A DNA stretch of 64,000 nucleotides, from assembly GCA_963837805.1 (NCBI GenBank), contig CAWIOU010000019.1, positions 26,610-90,609 of the forward strand, written 5' to 3'. The stretch comes from an uncultured Acidimicrobiaceae bacterium. GTDB lineage: Bacteria; Actinomycetota; Acidimicrobiia; Acidimicrobiales; RAAP-2. The position numbers and the translations under genes are program-made. The notes beneath the pieces are model-generated. The model saw only the letters and a program-made list of their open reading frames with translations. It ran no database searches and was not told where the DNA came from. Numbering within the stretch: the stretch's first letter is position 1; every line of letters starts with the position of its first letter. Below, piece after piece: positions 31,644 through 42,716 of this stretch.

Positions 31644-32966
31644 ATGGGGGAGGCCAAGCTTGACGCTGGGGCCGGTGACCGGAGTGGCGAAACGGGCGAG
31701 GGAACGATCGACGCGACGATCAAAGTTGCCTATCCGTCCGCCGTCGATCGCATCACGGGACCGATCCGAGCCGCGGCCGGCTTTCTCCGTCGCCGAGCCT
31801 TGATCCGGGCCACCCGGGCCATACCACGCACCTTCTTGTTCCTCGGATCCGCCATGTTGCGCGGCGAGGTGGCCGACTCACTCCCCGCGCCGCACCTGTC
31901 CGTCGGCCTCGCCGCTCAGGTGGCAATGGACGAGGCTCTCCTGGCTGTGGCCATGACGCCTCGGCGGTTACCGCTCTCCGGGGACTATGCGAGAGTGGCG
32001 GCCGAGCTCGCCGACGCCGACGACCTTTACGCCCGGCATGGATGGATCGGAGACCCTCGCTCGTATCATCGGCGGCCGACACCCCTTTCCGATGGTGACA
32101 TTGGGAACCGCAGGGGCTGGGCGATGGGCTTCGGCTACGACCGGCTGAGTTGGGAAAGCGGTTTCGAACCCCATCAGGGCGAGCCCGGCGGCGATCGGTG
32201 GATGGCGTTCGGACCGAACCAAACCGCCTCAGCTGTCGTCCTCCGTCACCCTGGTGGCCCTCGACCGTGGGTGATCGCTGTGCACGGCTTCTGTATGGGG
32301 TTTCCGTTCATGGACTTCCAGGGTCTTCACGTCGCACGGATCCATCGCGAGCTCGGAATGAACGTTGTGATGCCCGTGCTGCCGTTGCACGGCGGACGCC
32401 GCGTCACCCTGATCAGTGGGGAGCCATTCCTCTCCTTCGAGTTGATGAATGCGGTTCATGGCCTGACCCAAACAGTGTGGGACATCCGACGACTGCTTCA
32501 CTGGGTCCACGATCAGGGGGCGCCTTCGATCAGTCTCTATGGGGTTTCGCTCGGTGCCTACGTCGTGTCTCTGTTGGCCGGGATAGAAGAAGGCGTTGAC
32601 TCAGTAGTGGCCGGCATCCCTGTATCGGACTTCCCAGAGCTCTTCCACCACCACAGCCCTCGCCACATCCGGGCCAGGTCGATCGAGCACAAGATCATGG
32701 GAGGTGCCGCTCAGAACGTTTACCGAGTCGTGTCACCTCTGAGTTTCGAAGCGCAGATCCCAACGAGTCGCCGCTTCATCTTCGCGGGTTACGGTGACCG
32801 GGTGGCCCGTCCCGACCAGGCCCAGCGCCTCTGGGAGCACTGGGACAGGCCCCGCATCTCGTGGTATGCGGGCAATCACGTCGGCTACCTCTGGTCTAAG
32901 CAGGTATCCGATTTTTTGGTTGATTCGCTGCGCAAGGGTTCTATGTTCTCCCCTCCACGATCGTGA
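31644..32966 (+). CDS. alpha/beta hydrolase
   Basis: Intact 440-aa ORF. VIAVHGFCMG and the nucleophile elbow LYGVSLGAY are present. Confidence 0.7.
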   Translation: MGEAKLDAGAGDRSGETGEGTIDATIKVAYPSAVDRITGPIRAAAGFLRRRALIRATRAIPRTFLFLGSAMLRGEVADSLPAPHLSVGLAAQVAMDEALLAVAMTPRRLPLSGDYARVAAELADADDLYARHGWIGDPRSYHRRPTPLSDGDIGNRRGWAMGFGYDRLSWESGFEPHQGEPGGDRWMAFGPNQTASAVVLRHPGGPRPWVIAVHGFCMGFPFMDFQGLHVARIHRELGMNVVMPVLPLHGGRRVTLISGEPFLSFELMNAVHGLTQTVWDIRRLLHWVHDQGAPSISLYGVSLGAYVVSLLAGIEEGVDSVVAGIPVSDFPELFHHHSPRHIRARSIEHKIMGGAAQNVYRVVSPLSFEAQIPTSRRFIFAGYGDRVARPDQAQRLWEHWDRPRISWYAGNHVGYLWSKQVSDFLVDSLRKGSMFSPPRS

Positions 32967-32977
32967 GGGGCTGAACC

Positions 32978-34379
32978 ATGGAGACGATGGCGGCCCTCGA
33001 CGCCAAGTTTCTCTATTCCGAGACCCCTACAACCCACATGCACACGATCAAAGTGGCGGTGGCGGACGCGTCGGACGTTCCGGGTGGTTTCTCCTATGAC
33101 AACTTGACCGAGGTCCTCCGGCAGCTTCTCGTCCGACTGCCGGCTTTTCGCAGACGGGTCATTTCTGTGCCGGGAGGCCTGGACCACCCCGTGTGGATAG
33201 AGGATCCTGAGTTCGAGCTGAGGCACCACCTCACTCGGATGGAGCTTCCCGACCCGGGCAACGATCGCCAGCTCGCCACTGCGGTGGCCGCGTTCGCAAG
33301 TAAACCATTGGCAAGGGATAGACCACTCTGGGAACTACTTGTCATTGAGGGTTTGGCCAATGAACGCGTCGCAGCCGTGGTGAAGATCCACCATGCAGTG
33401 GCCGATGGTTCGGCCGCGGTCGCAATGCTTCGAAATGCTGTACAAGGTGTCGCCGCGGCGGCCACCGAACCCATCGACGACCCATGGCATCCCGAGCCAA
33501 TTTCCACGAGGCGACGACTGCTATCGATGGCCGCACACGACCATGTCACCCGCTGGAAAGGTCTGCCTCGCCTGGTGAGGCAGACAATTAGGCAGACCAA
33601 TGCCTCTGAGCACCGGCGTCGAGCCTTCTCTCCCAGACCGCCGCTCCCGCTCCACCACATCCCCAAGACATCCTTCAATGTTTCCATTACGTCCGAGCGG
33701 ACCTTCGCCATGACCAACTTGCCGCTCCGAGACCTTAAGGCGATCCGGCAGACAACCGGAACCACATTGAACGATGTCTACCTCGCTCTATGTGGAGGTG
33801 CTCTTCGGCGCTACCTATCAGATCGTGACGAGCTACCCGATCGTCCGCTCGTAGCCAGCATCCCTGTGTCTACCGATCCTGATAGCGCCCGTCTGTCGGG
33901 AAACCGAGTCGACAATCTCTACGTCTTCATTGGTACTGAGATCGCCGACCCGCTTAGGCGCCTCAAGCAAATCCATGAGGGGATGGAAGCCTCCAAGGAG
34001 GTGCGGGGACTGCTCGGTCATGACGGCCTTGCGCAACGAGCCGACGTTGTCCCGCCTCAGATCTACCACTCGAATTGTCAGGATGTGGGGCCGCTCACAC
34101 ATCGCCGACCGAGTGAACCCGCCGCTCAATGTGATTCTTTCCAATGTGGCTGGACCAAGAGACAGAATCTTCTTCGGCCGCGCTCAGCTAGAGGGACTTT
34201 ACTCGGCGGGACCGATCCTAGAGGGGATCGGCCTGAACATCACTGCGTGGAGTTACGCGGACGCACTGGGTGTCTCCGCTCTCGCGTGCCCGACAAGTGT
34301 TGCCGATCCGTGGGCGATCATCGCTGCCCTCCACGACTCGCTGGATGAGCTTCGGATCGCGATCGATGGAAACGCGTAG
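32978..34379 (+). CDS. wax ester synthase / diacylglycerol acyltransferase (WS/DGAT), frame change near 34060
   Basis: HHAVADG active-site motif. The C-terminal part in ORF 33930..34379 reads NVAGPRDRIFFGRAQLEGLYSAGPILEGIGLNITAWSY. Confidence 0.85.
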
Positions 34380-34575
34380 TGTCCGAATACGGATCTGTGA
34401 GTGCCGAATGTGGCGGTGGGTGCCAAAATCATCCGTGAGCGTGACCAGGGGCTATTCGTACCTAGTTGCGTCAGCAACAATGTGGGAAATCGAGACCGAT
34501 AGCGTGGGAAATGGTCCCGAACAGAGCGCAGTTGACCCAGGCCAACCGAGTTGTGTCGGTAGCCCACCCGCCAAG

Positions 34576-34615
34576 CAACCAACCAACCAACGACGACGAC
34601 GACGACGACGACGAC
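34576..34615. repeat. (CAAC)4(GAC)8 microsatellite
   Basis: Read directly: caaccaaccaaccaac then gac x8. It lies immediately 5' of an IS-transposase remnant. Confidence 0.9.
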
Positions 34616-34629
34616 CGAACCAAACCAAC

Positions 34630-34707
34630 GAAGTACTCTCCTGCGACTTCTTCACCGTGGATACCGTCCTCCTGAAGAGGCTCTACGCCCTCTTCTTCAT
34701 CGAGCTG
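34630..34707 (+). mobile_element. about 78-nt remnant of an rve-type transposase gene
   Basis: EVLSCDFFTVDTVLLKRLYALFFIEL compares with ALACDFFTVDTVPLKRLYVLFFIEL in the IS at 42717-43791. Confidence 0.7.
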
Positions 34708-34819
34708 AGTGAGGGGTCGGAATCGCCAATCTGACGAGATTCTCAGGAACGATCCCTCCCCGTGTCGCAAGCCATCTACTGGGTCCGCCGAAGCCCCAAG
34801 GCAATTGAGCGTGGGTTGA

Positions 34820-35911
34820 TCAGTGCGATACGGCGCAACGATTGGGGCCTACCTCCAAGGTACGTAGGGCAGCCAGCGAGTCACTCACGCGGCCCATGTT
34901 GGCGTCGATGATCCTCGCGTAGTTGGGAGGCCGTTCGACTGAGCGAGACGCCGCCCACTCGATAAACGTGGACCGGTCGAACGAGAGTGCCGCAAGGTCC
35001 CTCCGTAAGTCACCCAGCAATGCCCCGACCGGCTCATCGGGCCGGACAACGATCGCGTCCCCGTAGTGACCGGGCAGCACCAGGACTTCGTCAGGAAGGA
35101 TAATCAAGGACTCATGGAGCGAGGTGTAGAGATCATCCGCGAACTCTGCGGCCCGGTCCACCAGGTCGGGACGACCGACGCTCTCGATGAACAGGGTGTC
35201 GCCGGTGAGGGCAGCTCGGTCGCTCGCCACATAGACAGTGGATCCCCGGGTGTGCCCCGGGGTGTGCAGTGCAACCACCGAGAGCCCATTCCCACCGGGC
35301 AGTTCAAATCGGTCACCGTCAGCGATGGGCTCGTAGGCGAACTCGAAGTTGTCCGCTGGATTGAGGTGGAGCGAAGCCCCGGTGATGCCAGCGAGCGCCC
35401 GAGCACCGCTCAAATGATCAGCGTGGAGGTGCGTGTCGAAGACTCTCCCGATGATCCATCCGTGCTCGTCGGCGAGCCGTGTGTAGATGTCCGTGTCAAC
35501 TGAAGGGTCGATGACGAATGCTCGATCGGCAGACCCCACCACATAGGAAAGACACCCCTTACCCCGTCGGCGGACCTGCACGATTCGCAGGTCGAAGAAC
35601 TCAATGGTGACGGAATCGTAGGTTTGCCCCCACGCATTCATGCCGCCAGAAAGGTTGCCTACTTGTCGACCCGACCGGCTGAGCGTTTTGGCTGCCAGGG
35701 TTGACCGGCTGCCAGAGCCACAGACCGTCACCACTTCACGGTCGGTCGGCACTTCGTCGATCCGGGCGGACACCTGCCCGATAGGGATGTTCACCGCCGT
35801 TGGAATCGACCATTCGTAGAATTCAGCCGGCTCTCGCACATCGACCAGAAAGAACTCTGCCGACGTCCCGAGCCGAGCTGCAACCTCGGATGCTTCCACG
35901 TTTCGGTACAT
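34820..35911 (-). CDS. rhodanese - MBL-fold persulfide dioxygenase-like fusion
   Basis: N-terminal rhodanese (VVTVCGSGSRS). The MBL motif THLHADHLSG and LHTPGHTRGS are present. Intact. Confidence 0.8.
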   Translation of the reverse strand: MYRNVEASEVAARLGTSAEFFLVDVREPAEFYEWSIPTAVNIPIGQVSARIDEVPTDREVVTVCGSGSRSTLAAKTLSRSGRQVGNLSGGMNAWGQTYDSVTIEFFDLRIVQVRRRGKGCLSYVVGSADRAFVIDPSVDTDIYTRLADEHGWIIGRVFDTHLHADHLSGARALAGITGASLHLNPADNFEFAYEPIADGDRFELPGGNGLSVVALHTPGHTRGSTVYVASDRAALTGDTLFIESVGRPDLVDRAAEFADDLYTSLHESLIILPDEVLVLPGHYGDAIVVRPDEPVGALLGDLRRDLAALSFDRSTFIEWAASRSVERPPNYARIIDANMGRVSDSLAALRTLEVGPNRCAVSH

Positions 35912-36097
35912 TCAAGTCCTCCGTTCGGGACAACAATGGCTGCCGCTCGTCGCCCCTCAATGTCCTTTGTGCCTAGATCTTCGAACTTTCCATCAAATGG
36001 CCATTGAACATGCAGCCGACGTTGGTACTCGTCAAGAATGGAAAACCGCGCCAAACTCGAAGGGAACAAATCCGATCGTAACGGCGCCATGGCTCTG

Positions 36098-37779
36098 CTA
36101 CTCGGCAATGGTGGCTTTCCCAGCTCCCTCCTGGGCTCGGGTCCATGCCAGCCACGTCTGATAGCCGCCGTCGAGGTTCCGGGCGACTATTCCAAGCTCT
36201 TGCATCAACGCCGTGGCGGTATGTCCCCGCTGGCCCACCTGGCAGTAGACCACGACCGGCCCGTGACCAAGCGATGCGAGATTGTCGCGGAGCGAGTCGA
36301 TCGGAAGATTGACGGATCCTTCGATTGCCCCGGCCGCATGTTCCTCCGCAGTCCGCACATCGATCACCGGCCATCCCTTCTCGACGAGCTGTCCCAACTC
36401 TTGTGGGTCGACAATGTCGCATTCCCCGCTCAGCACGTTCTCCGCCATATAGCCGAGGAGGTTGACGGGATCCTTTGCAGAAGAAAAGGGGGGGCGTAGG
36501 CCAATTCGAGATCGGCGAGCTGATCGGCGGTGAGGCCACCTGCCATCGCTGCGGCGATCACGTCGATTCGCTTGTCGACGCCGTTCCGTCCGACGATCTG
36601 GGCCCCGAGGATCGTTCCATCACCCGGATCGAAGATCAGCTTCGCAGACATGCGAGTCGCCCCAGGGTAGTACGACAGCGTGATCGAAGGGGTGCGAATG
36701 GATCGCCCGGAACGGGAGACCAGCGGCCCTCAATCGCCGTTCGTTCCACCCGACGGTGGCAGCCACGATGTCAAAGACCTTCACGATGGCTGTACCTAGG
36801 GACGGCACGGTGCGCGAGGGACGGCCAGCGATGTGGTCGGCCACCCTCCGCCCCTGTCGGTTGGCCACATTGGCCAACACGATGAGGGACTTGGCGTGTG
36901 AGACGGCATCTGGTTTCTCGACGGCGTCACCCACGGCATAGATGTCGGGGGCGCTGGTCTGGTTGTCCTCATTCACGGAAATACCGCCACTCGGCCCAAT
37001 GGCGAGCCCGGCCCCCTCGGCCAATTGAATATCCGGCCTGACGCCGATCGCACCGACAGCAATCTCTGCGTCAATCACGCGTCCGTTGCTCAGCTTGACC
37101 GATTGCTCCTCGACGGACTCCACGGATAACCCTGTTTCGACCGCTACACCGTGGGCCTCCAGTTCGTCGCGTACAAGGATGGCCAGCTCAGGATCGAGTG
37201 GGGCAAGCACCTGGGGCGTGGCCTCGACGATGGTGACTTCGAGGCCCTGCCCGACAAGATTCTCCGCCATCTCCAAGCCGATGAACCCGGCGCCTATCAC
37301 GACGGCCGTCTTCCCAGCTACGTCGACATCGGTTGCCAGGCGGGCAGCATCCTCGACGGTCCGCAACGTCCGAACTCGGTCGTAACCGGGGATGGGCGGC
37401 CGCACCGGGGCTGCTCCCGTACTGAGGACCAGGTTGTCGTAGGCCACGACGTCTTCTTGACCGCTGATGGTTGACTGGGTGCGGACCGTCCCCGTTGCCC
37501 TGTCGATGGCCACCACTTCCTGGTTGACCCTCACATCGAGTCGGAAGCGGTCGAAGAGCTGTCGGGGGTCTGAGAGGTGAGATCCTCCTCCTCCTCGATG
37601 AGGCCACCGACGAAATAGGGCAGGCCACAGTTGGCGAAGGACACGTGCCCCGAACGCTCGAGGATGGTGATCGGGACCTCAGCGTCGAGACGCCGGAGCC
37701 GGGTAGCGGTGGACATCCCTCCGGCCACGCCACCCACGATGACCACTCCATTGTTCCGGCCGACGAGTCCTTTCTTCAT
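36098..37779 (-). CDS. CoA-disulfide/persulfide reductase with C-terminal rhodanese (several frame changes)
   Basis: VVIVGGVAGGMSTATRLRRL...SFANCGLPY, VVIGAGFIGLEMAE, YAVGDAV, then rhodanese VVVYCQVGQRG. It is tiled by ORFs 37531.., 36620.., 36430.. and 36098.. Confidence 0.8.
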
Positions 37780-37929
37780 CGGGTGAACCACGATCCCCCC
37801 TTGCCCGGCGATGTCGTCCGACACCGGCCACGATCATCGCTCGGCAGAACGCCCGGGACCTGTCCGACATGGGCCCTGCAGCCTCTCCCGTACGGCCGAC
37901 CGCAATTCCTACATGAAGAAGGTCTGCGC

Positions 37930-37945
37930 ATACCCCATAGGGTAT
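37930..37945. promoter_or_regulatory. ATACCC-CATA-GGGTAT palindrome, candidate CsoR/CstR operator
   Basis: Perfect 6-bp arms in the divergent region between the CoADR-rhodanese operon (start 37779) and the CsoR-family gene (start 38063). It resembles the GC-core TACCC-N-GGGTA operators of this family. Confidence 0.6.
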
Positions 37946-38062
37946 CATCGGTGGCTGTCCCCGCAATGGCGCCGCGCACTCCCCGGAGTGCAGTTCTCGC
38001 ACTGAACTGGGCACATCGAGTCCACCAGGCTTCCCCCAGAAGACCCAAAATGAGGAGAGAAC

Positions 38063-38332
38063 GTGCAATTACCCGATGAGGTGGTCGAGGACCTTCGGAA
38101 GCGGCTACGCCGGGCTGGAGGTCAGGTGCAGGCCGTAGAGACCATGCTCGCTGAAGGTCGTGAGTGTCGTGACATCGTGACGCAGCTCAGTGCCGCGAAC
38201 AAGGCGCTCGAGCAGGTGGGCTTCCGGCTGATCGCCAGCGGGCTGACCTACTGCCTCGAGCATCCCGAGAAGGCGGCCGAGTCCGGCTATCCGCTCGATG
38301 AAGTTCAGCGCCTCTTCACCAAGCTGGCATGA
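38063..38332 (+). CDS. CsoR/RcnR (DUF156) family repressor, CstR-like by context
   Basis: LRRAGGQVQAVETMLAEGRECRDIVTQLSAANKALEQVGFRLIASGLTYCLEH, with two conserved Cys. It lies next to sulfide-oxidation genes. Confidence 0.8.
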   Translation: MQLPDEVVEDLRKRLRRAGGQVQAVETMLAEGRECRDIVTQLSAANKALEQVGFRLIASGLTYCLEHPEKAAESGYPLDEVQRLFTKLA

Positions 38333-38396
38333 GCTTCGGATGACGATCGTCATGCTTATTCGCCCTATCCGATTCGAGGGATGGAGGAGGCCGACC

Positions 38397-39053
38397 ATGA
38401 CTAGCCATGAGTGGGACGATCGCTACAGCGGCGAGGACCTGGTGTGGACGAACGCACCCAATCAATTCCTTGTTGCCGAAACTCTCGATCTCCGCCCGGG
38501 ACGCGCGGTGGATGTGGCCTGCGGGGAGGGCCGCAACGCCATCTGGCTCGCGGAGCAGGGCTGGGAGGTGACTGGCGTCGATTTCTCACCAGTCGGACTG
38601 GCCAAGGCCGAACGGCTTGCCGACCAACGCGGCGTGAAGGTCATCTGGGTTGAGTCCGCCGTACAGGACTGGACTCCGCCTCGAGAGGGGTTCGACCTCG
38701 TCGCCATGCTGTACCTTCAGCTCCCATGGCCGACGCGGCAGGAGGCTCTCAGCCGAGCCGCACGGGCAGTAGCCCCCGGAGGGAAGCTCGTGGTCGTGGC
38801 CCACGACCTGGAAAATTTGGCCCATGGATACGGGGGGCCACAGGACCCCGACGTCCTCTACCAGGTGAGTGAGGCGACCGATCTGGTGATCGATGGGGGC
38901 CTGAACGTCGGGAGGTCCGAGCGGGCGGTCCGGTCCGTGGATACGGACTCGGGCCGTCGAGAGGCCCTCGATACCGTCGTCACAGCCTGGCGACCGGCCC
39001 GTGCTCGATCCTCCCCAGACTCGACGAAACCGTCGCCGCCCGCCCCAGGCTGA
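38397..39053 (+). CDS. class I SAM-dependent methyltransferase
   Basis: The ATG follows GGAGGAGG. Motif I: AVDVACGEGRNAIWLAEQGWEVTGVDFS. Confidence 0.75.
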   Translation: MTSHEWDDRYSGEDLVWTNAPNQFLVAETLDLRPGRAVDVACGEGRNAIWLAEQGWEVTGVDFSPVGLAKAERLADQRGVKVIWVESAVQDWTPPREGFDLVAMLYLQLPWPTRQEALSRAARAVAPGGKLVVVAHDLENLAHGYGGPQDPDVLYQVSEATDLVIDGGLNVGRSERAVRSVDTDSGRREALDTVVTAWRPARARSSPDSTKPSPPAPG

Positions 39054-39172
39054 ACGCTCGATGGAGCAGCGGCCAGGGAATGCCTTGCGCACGCGGCGGA
39101 CCTGCGGTTTCGTCGGATCAATGAGGACGAATTACCCTAGTCAAGCCTTGATGACATGACCACAATGGGGTC

Positions 39173-40413
39173 ATGACCAAACGGATCGTGATGCTCGGTG
39201 GGGGAACGGGGGGACCCTGGGTGCCAACCGCATGCGGCATCACCTTCCCCCGGAGGAGGTTGAGATCGTGGTCGTGGACCAGAATGACGATCACGTCTAC
39301 CAGCCAGGGTTGCTCTTCGTCCCGTTCGGGTTGACCCACGTCGACGAGATCGTCCGCTCTCGTGGCCAGCAGCTCCACAAGGGCATCGACTTCCGCCAAG
39401 TTCCGATCGAGAGCGTTGACATCGATGCCGACACCGTGCATCTGGGCGACGGTACTGCGCTGGACTACGACGTTCTGGTCGTGGCCTCGGGATCCACGTT
39501 GGTCAAAGAGGAGACCGAAGGACTGACCGGACCCGGCTGGATGGAGAAGGTCTTCACATTCTATGACGTAGCGGGCGCGGCGGCCCTCCACGATGCACTC
39601 GAGGGGTTCGATGGAGGTCGTGTGGTGGTCAACGTCGTGGACATGCCCATCAAGTGCCCGGTCGCTCCTCTTGAATTCTGCTTCCTAGCTGACTGGTACT
39701 TCCAGCAGACTGGCCTTCGTGATCGGGTCGAATTGACGTACGTGACCCCGCTGGACGGTGCCTTCACAAAGCCGGTCGCATCGAGGGCCTTGGCCGGGCT
39801 GCTCGAGGAAAAGGGGGTCGCCATCGTGACCGAGTTCAACACCGGGGAGGTCGACGGATCGGGCGGACGACTCGTCGCCTACGACGGGCGCGAGGTGGCG
39901 TTCGATCTGGCCGTGGTCGTGCCGTTGCACGGCGGGGCCGGTTTTGTGGCGAAATCCCCGGGCCTGGGGGACGAGTTGGGCTTTGTGCCCGTGGATGAAC
40001 ACACCCTGCAATCGACTGCCAAACCCAACATCTTCGCCATTGGTGACGCCGCGGGCGTCACGTCCAAGGCGGGATCGGTCACCCATTTCGAGGGCGAGGT
40101 ACTGGTCGAGAACGTCAAGCGCTATCTGGCCGACGAGCCTCTCGACGTGAGTTTCGATGGGCACACCAACTGCTTCATCGAAACAGGGTTCGGGAAGGCA
40201 CTGCTCATCGACTTCAACTACGACACCGAGCCACTCCCTGGGCACTTCCCGACCGCGGTCGGGCTGCCATTGTTGAAGGAGTCGCGGTTGAACCACTTGG
40301 GCAAGCTGATGTTCCAGCCTCTCTACTGGCACAGCTTGCTGCCCGGTCGCGACCTTCCCGGTGTCGGCGCGGCAATGCCCACGAGGGGCAAGCACTTCCG
40401 GGACACGGCGTGA
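39173..40413 (+). CDS. sqr: sulfide:quinone oxidoreductase-type FAD disulfide reductase (frame change in the G-run at 39208-39213)
   Basis: MTKRIVMLGGGTGG then (one G missing) TLGANRMRHHLP...HVYQPGLLFVPFG...AIGDAAGV...KAGSVTHFE. Confidence 0.75.
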
Positions 40414-40454
40414 GCGCCGATGCACCCGTAGATTCACCAGAAGAGGAGAGGACC

Positions 40455-40772
40455 ATGCCCACCGCTATATACGCCGGATCGGCGGTTGCCGTCAATGAGG
40501 AGGGGTTCTTCGAGGACCCGGGCCAGTGGACCGAGGCGATGGCTCCCGAAATCGCCAAGGAGCAGGGCATCGACGACCTCACCGAATCGCACTGGCAGAT
40601 CATCAAGTTCATGCGCGGCGAGTACGCCAACAAGGGGACGGGACCGACTGTTCGGGTCCTCGGCAAGACATCAGGAGTCTCAATCAAGGAGCTCTACCAA
40701 CTGTTTCCGAAGGGTCCGGCCAAAACAGCCGCCAAGATCGCCGGAATCCCCAAGCCGCGTGGCTGCATCTAA
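40455..40772 (+). CDS. TusE/DsrC family sulfur-relay protein
   Basis: GFFEDPGQWTEAMAPEIAKEQGI..LTESHWQIIKFMRGEY, with C-terminal PKPRGCI. Confidence 0.8.
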   Translation: MPTAIYAGSAVAVNEEGFFEDPGQWTEAMAPEIAKEQGIDDLTESHWQIIKFMRGEYANKGTGPTVRVLGKTSGVSIKELYQLFPKGPAKTAAKIAGIPKPRGCI

Positions 40773-40809
40773 GCGCTCGCTACCGTCGTCCACTATAGAA
40801 AGGTCCATC

Positions 40810-41277
40810 ATGAGTGACACGATCGAAAAGGTGTCGATCATCGTCTCGAAGGGCTCTCTGGAAGGGGTCTATCCGGCGCTGATCATGGCCAATGGTGCTC
40901 GCGCCGAGGGGATCGAAGCCAACCTCTTCTTCACGTTCTTCGGCCTTGATGTCGTCCACCGGAGCACGATCGATCACATCAAGGTGGCCACGGTCGGCAA
41001 TCCCGGTCTCCACCTCGCCACCATCGCGGGCGGCCTGCCGGGTGTGTCGTCGGTCATGACCCACTATCTCGAGAAGAAGATGGAAAGACTTGATATTCCC
41101 CCCATTCCCGAGTTCGTCGAGATGATCGCCGACACCGGAGCGGGGATCTACGCGTGCAAGGCATCGACGGACCTGTTCGAACTGACCAAGGAGGAACTGA
41201 TCGATCAGGTCATGGACATCATCACCGTCGGTGAGTTCTACGCCATGGCCGCAGGCGGCGAGATCATCTTCACCTAG
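40810..41277 (+). CDS. DsrE/DsrF-like family protein
   Basis: 155 aa. VSIIVSKGSLEGVYPALIMANGA...IYACKASTDLF. Confidence 0.7.
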   Translation: MSDTIEKVSIIVSKGSLEGVYPALIMANGARAEGIEANLFFTFFGLDVVHRSTIDHIKVATVGNPGLHLATIAGGLPGVSSVMTHYLEKKMERLDIPPIPEFVEMIADTGAGIYACKASTDLFELTKEELIDQVMDIITVGEFYAMAAGGEIIFT

Positions 41278-41360
41278 GCAGAGAAACATTGACGAGGCAG
41301 GGATCCGCAGAAGGGCAGGCCACCCTTCATGATCCCAGCCATGACCATCGGAGTAGAACT

Positions 41361-42520
41361 ATGGCACTTTCTGACGGGGCGATCCCAGGGGCGGCCCTCC
41401 GGGTCGGAGGGGCAAGCGTGCCGATCATCGGCTCGGCGCGCGATCTACGTCTGCGGAATCACTCCGTATGACACCACCCATCTCGGTCATGCGGCTACGT
41501 TCGTTTGGACCGATCTCGCCGCCCGGGTCATGCGCTTGACCGGCACCCATGTCGACATGTGCCGCAACGTGACTGACGTGGACGACCACCTCCTGGCCGA
41601 GGCCAGGGCCAGCGGTGTCCCGTGGCGCTCCTTGGCGACCCAACAGACCTATCGGTTCGAGCGCGATATGTCGGACCTGGGGATCGCTCGCCCGGCCTAT
41701 GAACCAAGCAGCCACGACTACGTCGACGACGTCATCCGTCTCGCCCTAGAGCTCTATCGCACAGGGGGCAGCATACGAACGGGATGGTTCGGTCTTTTTC
41801 CGTGGGGAGAAGGTCTGCGAGGCCGCAGGTCTCGATTCCAGCGACGCGACCATCTGCTGCGGCGAAGATGTCGGGCTCGTCGCGACGCCCGAGTGAACGA
41901 GGCGGCCGAGAACGCGCTCGACGTGGCCATCTGGCAATGCTCTTCCGATCACGAGCCGGCGTGGCCGAGCCCATGGTGGGACGGCCGACCCGGATGGCAC
42001 GCCGAGTGCGCCGCCATGGCCCTCTCGACATTCGGTCCGACGGTCGACCTGCACGGGGGTGGGGCTGACCTCCGGTTCCCGCACCATGCCTACGAGTCGG
42101 CGCTGGCCGAGGCGTTCACCGGTGCATCGCCCTTCGCCCGCTCCTGGATGCACGTGGGCACAGTCATGACCGGGGGGCAGAAGATGGCCAAGTCCACCGG
42201 AAACCTGGTCTTCATCCACGATCTCCTCCAGCGTTGGCCGGCAGCTGCCATCCGCTACCTGGTGCTCTCTAGGTCCTGGCAGGACGACTGGGAGTTCGAG
42301 GACGTCGCTCTCGACGACGCCACCCGACACCTCGACGACATGTGGAAGGGTTCCACGACGCCCGTCGAACGGGAGGTCACCCGGCGGAGGATCGTCGCAG
42401 CGCTTCTTGACGAACCTCGACGTACCGACGGCTCTCGCCATCGCCAGGGAGGCCGGGGGTCAGGTGCTTACCGAGCTGCTCGACTTCTTGGGCCTACGGG
42501 ACACCACCACCTGGGAGTGA
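41361..42520 (+). CDS. mshC: cysteine:GlcN-Ins ligase (mycothiol ligase) (several frame changes)
   Basis: YVCGITPYDTTHLGHAAT, GRPGWHAECAAMAL, DLHGGGADLRFPHHAYE and KMAKSTGN (in place of KMSKS). The end was reconstructed as ...LDFLGLRDTTTWE. Confidence 0.75.
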
Positions 42521-42716
42521 CGAAGCTGGAGGCGGCCTTGTACGGAATATTCATGCCCGTGGTCTGATCTGCGAGTCCGGCGTCGATAGGTCACGACCGG
42601 CCATCGGGGCGCGTATCAGAGCCGGCAAATCCTCCTGGCCTGTGGGTGCCAACAATATCATCCGGGTGCCTTGATCAGGACTTTCGCGAATCAACCTGAG
42701 ACGACGAAACTGGGCC

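Noticed and set aside
34576-34615. Short tandem repeats here and at 61148-61177 as a CRISPR array
   Set aside because: The unit sizes are 3-9 nt, there are no spacers and no cas genes are nearby. These are not CRISPR.
39150-39176. Inverted repeat CATGACC-N7-GGTCATG overlapping the sqr start codon, as a regulatory site
   Set aside because: It is a single occurrence, it includes the ATG itself, and there is no matching site elsewhere in the cluster. It could be coincidental.
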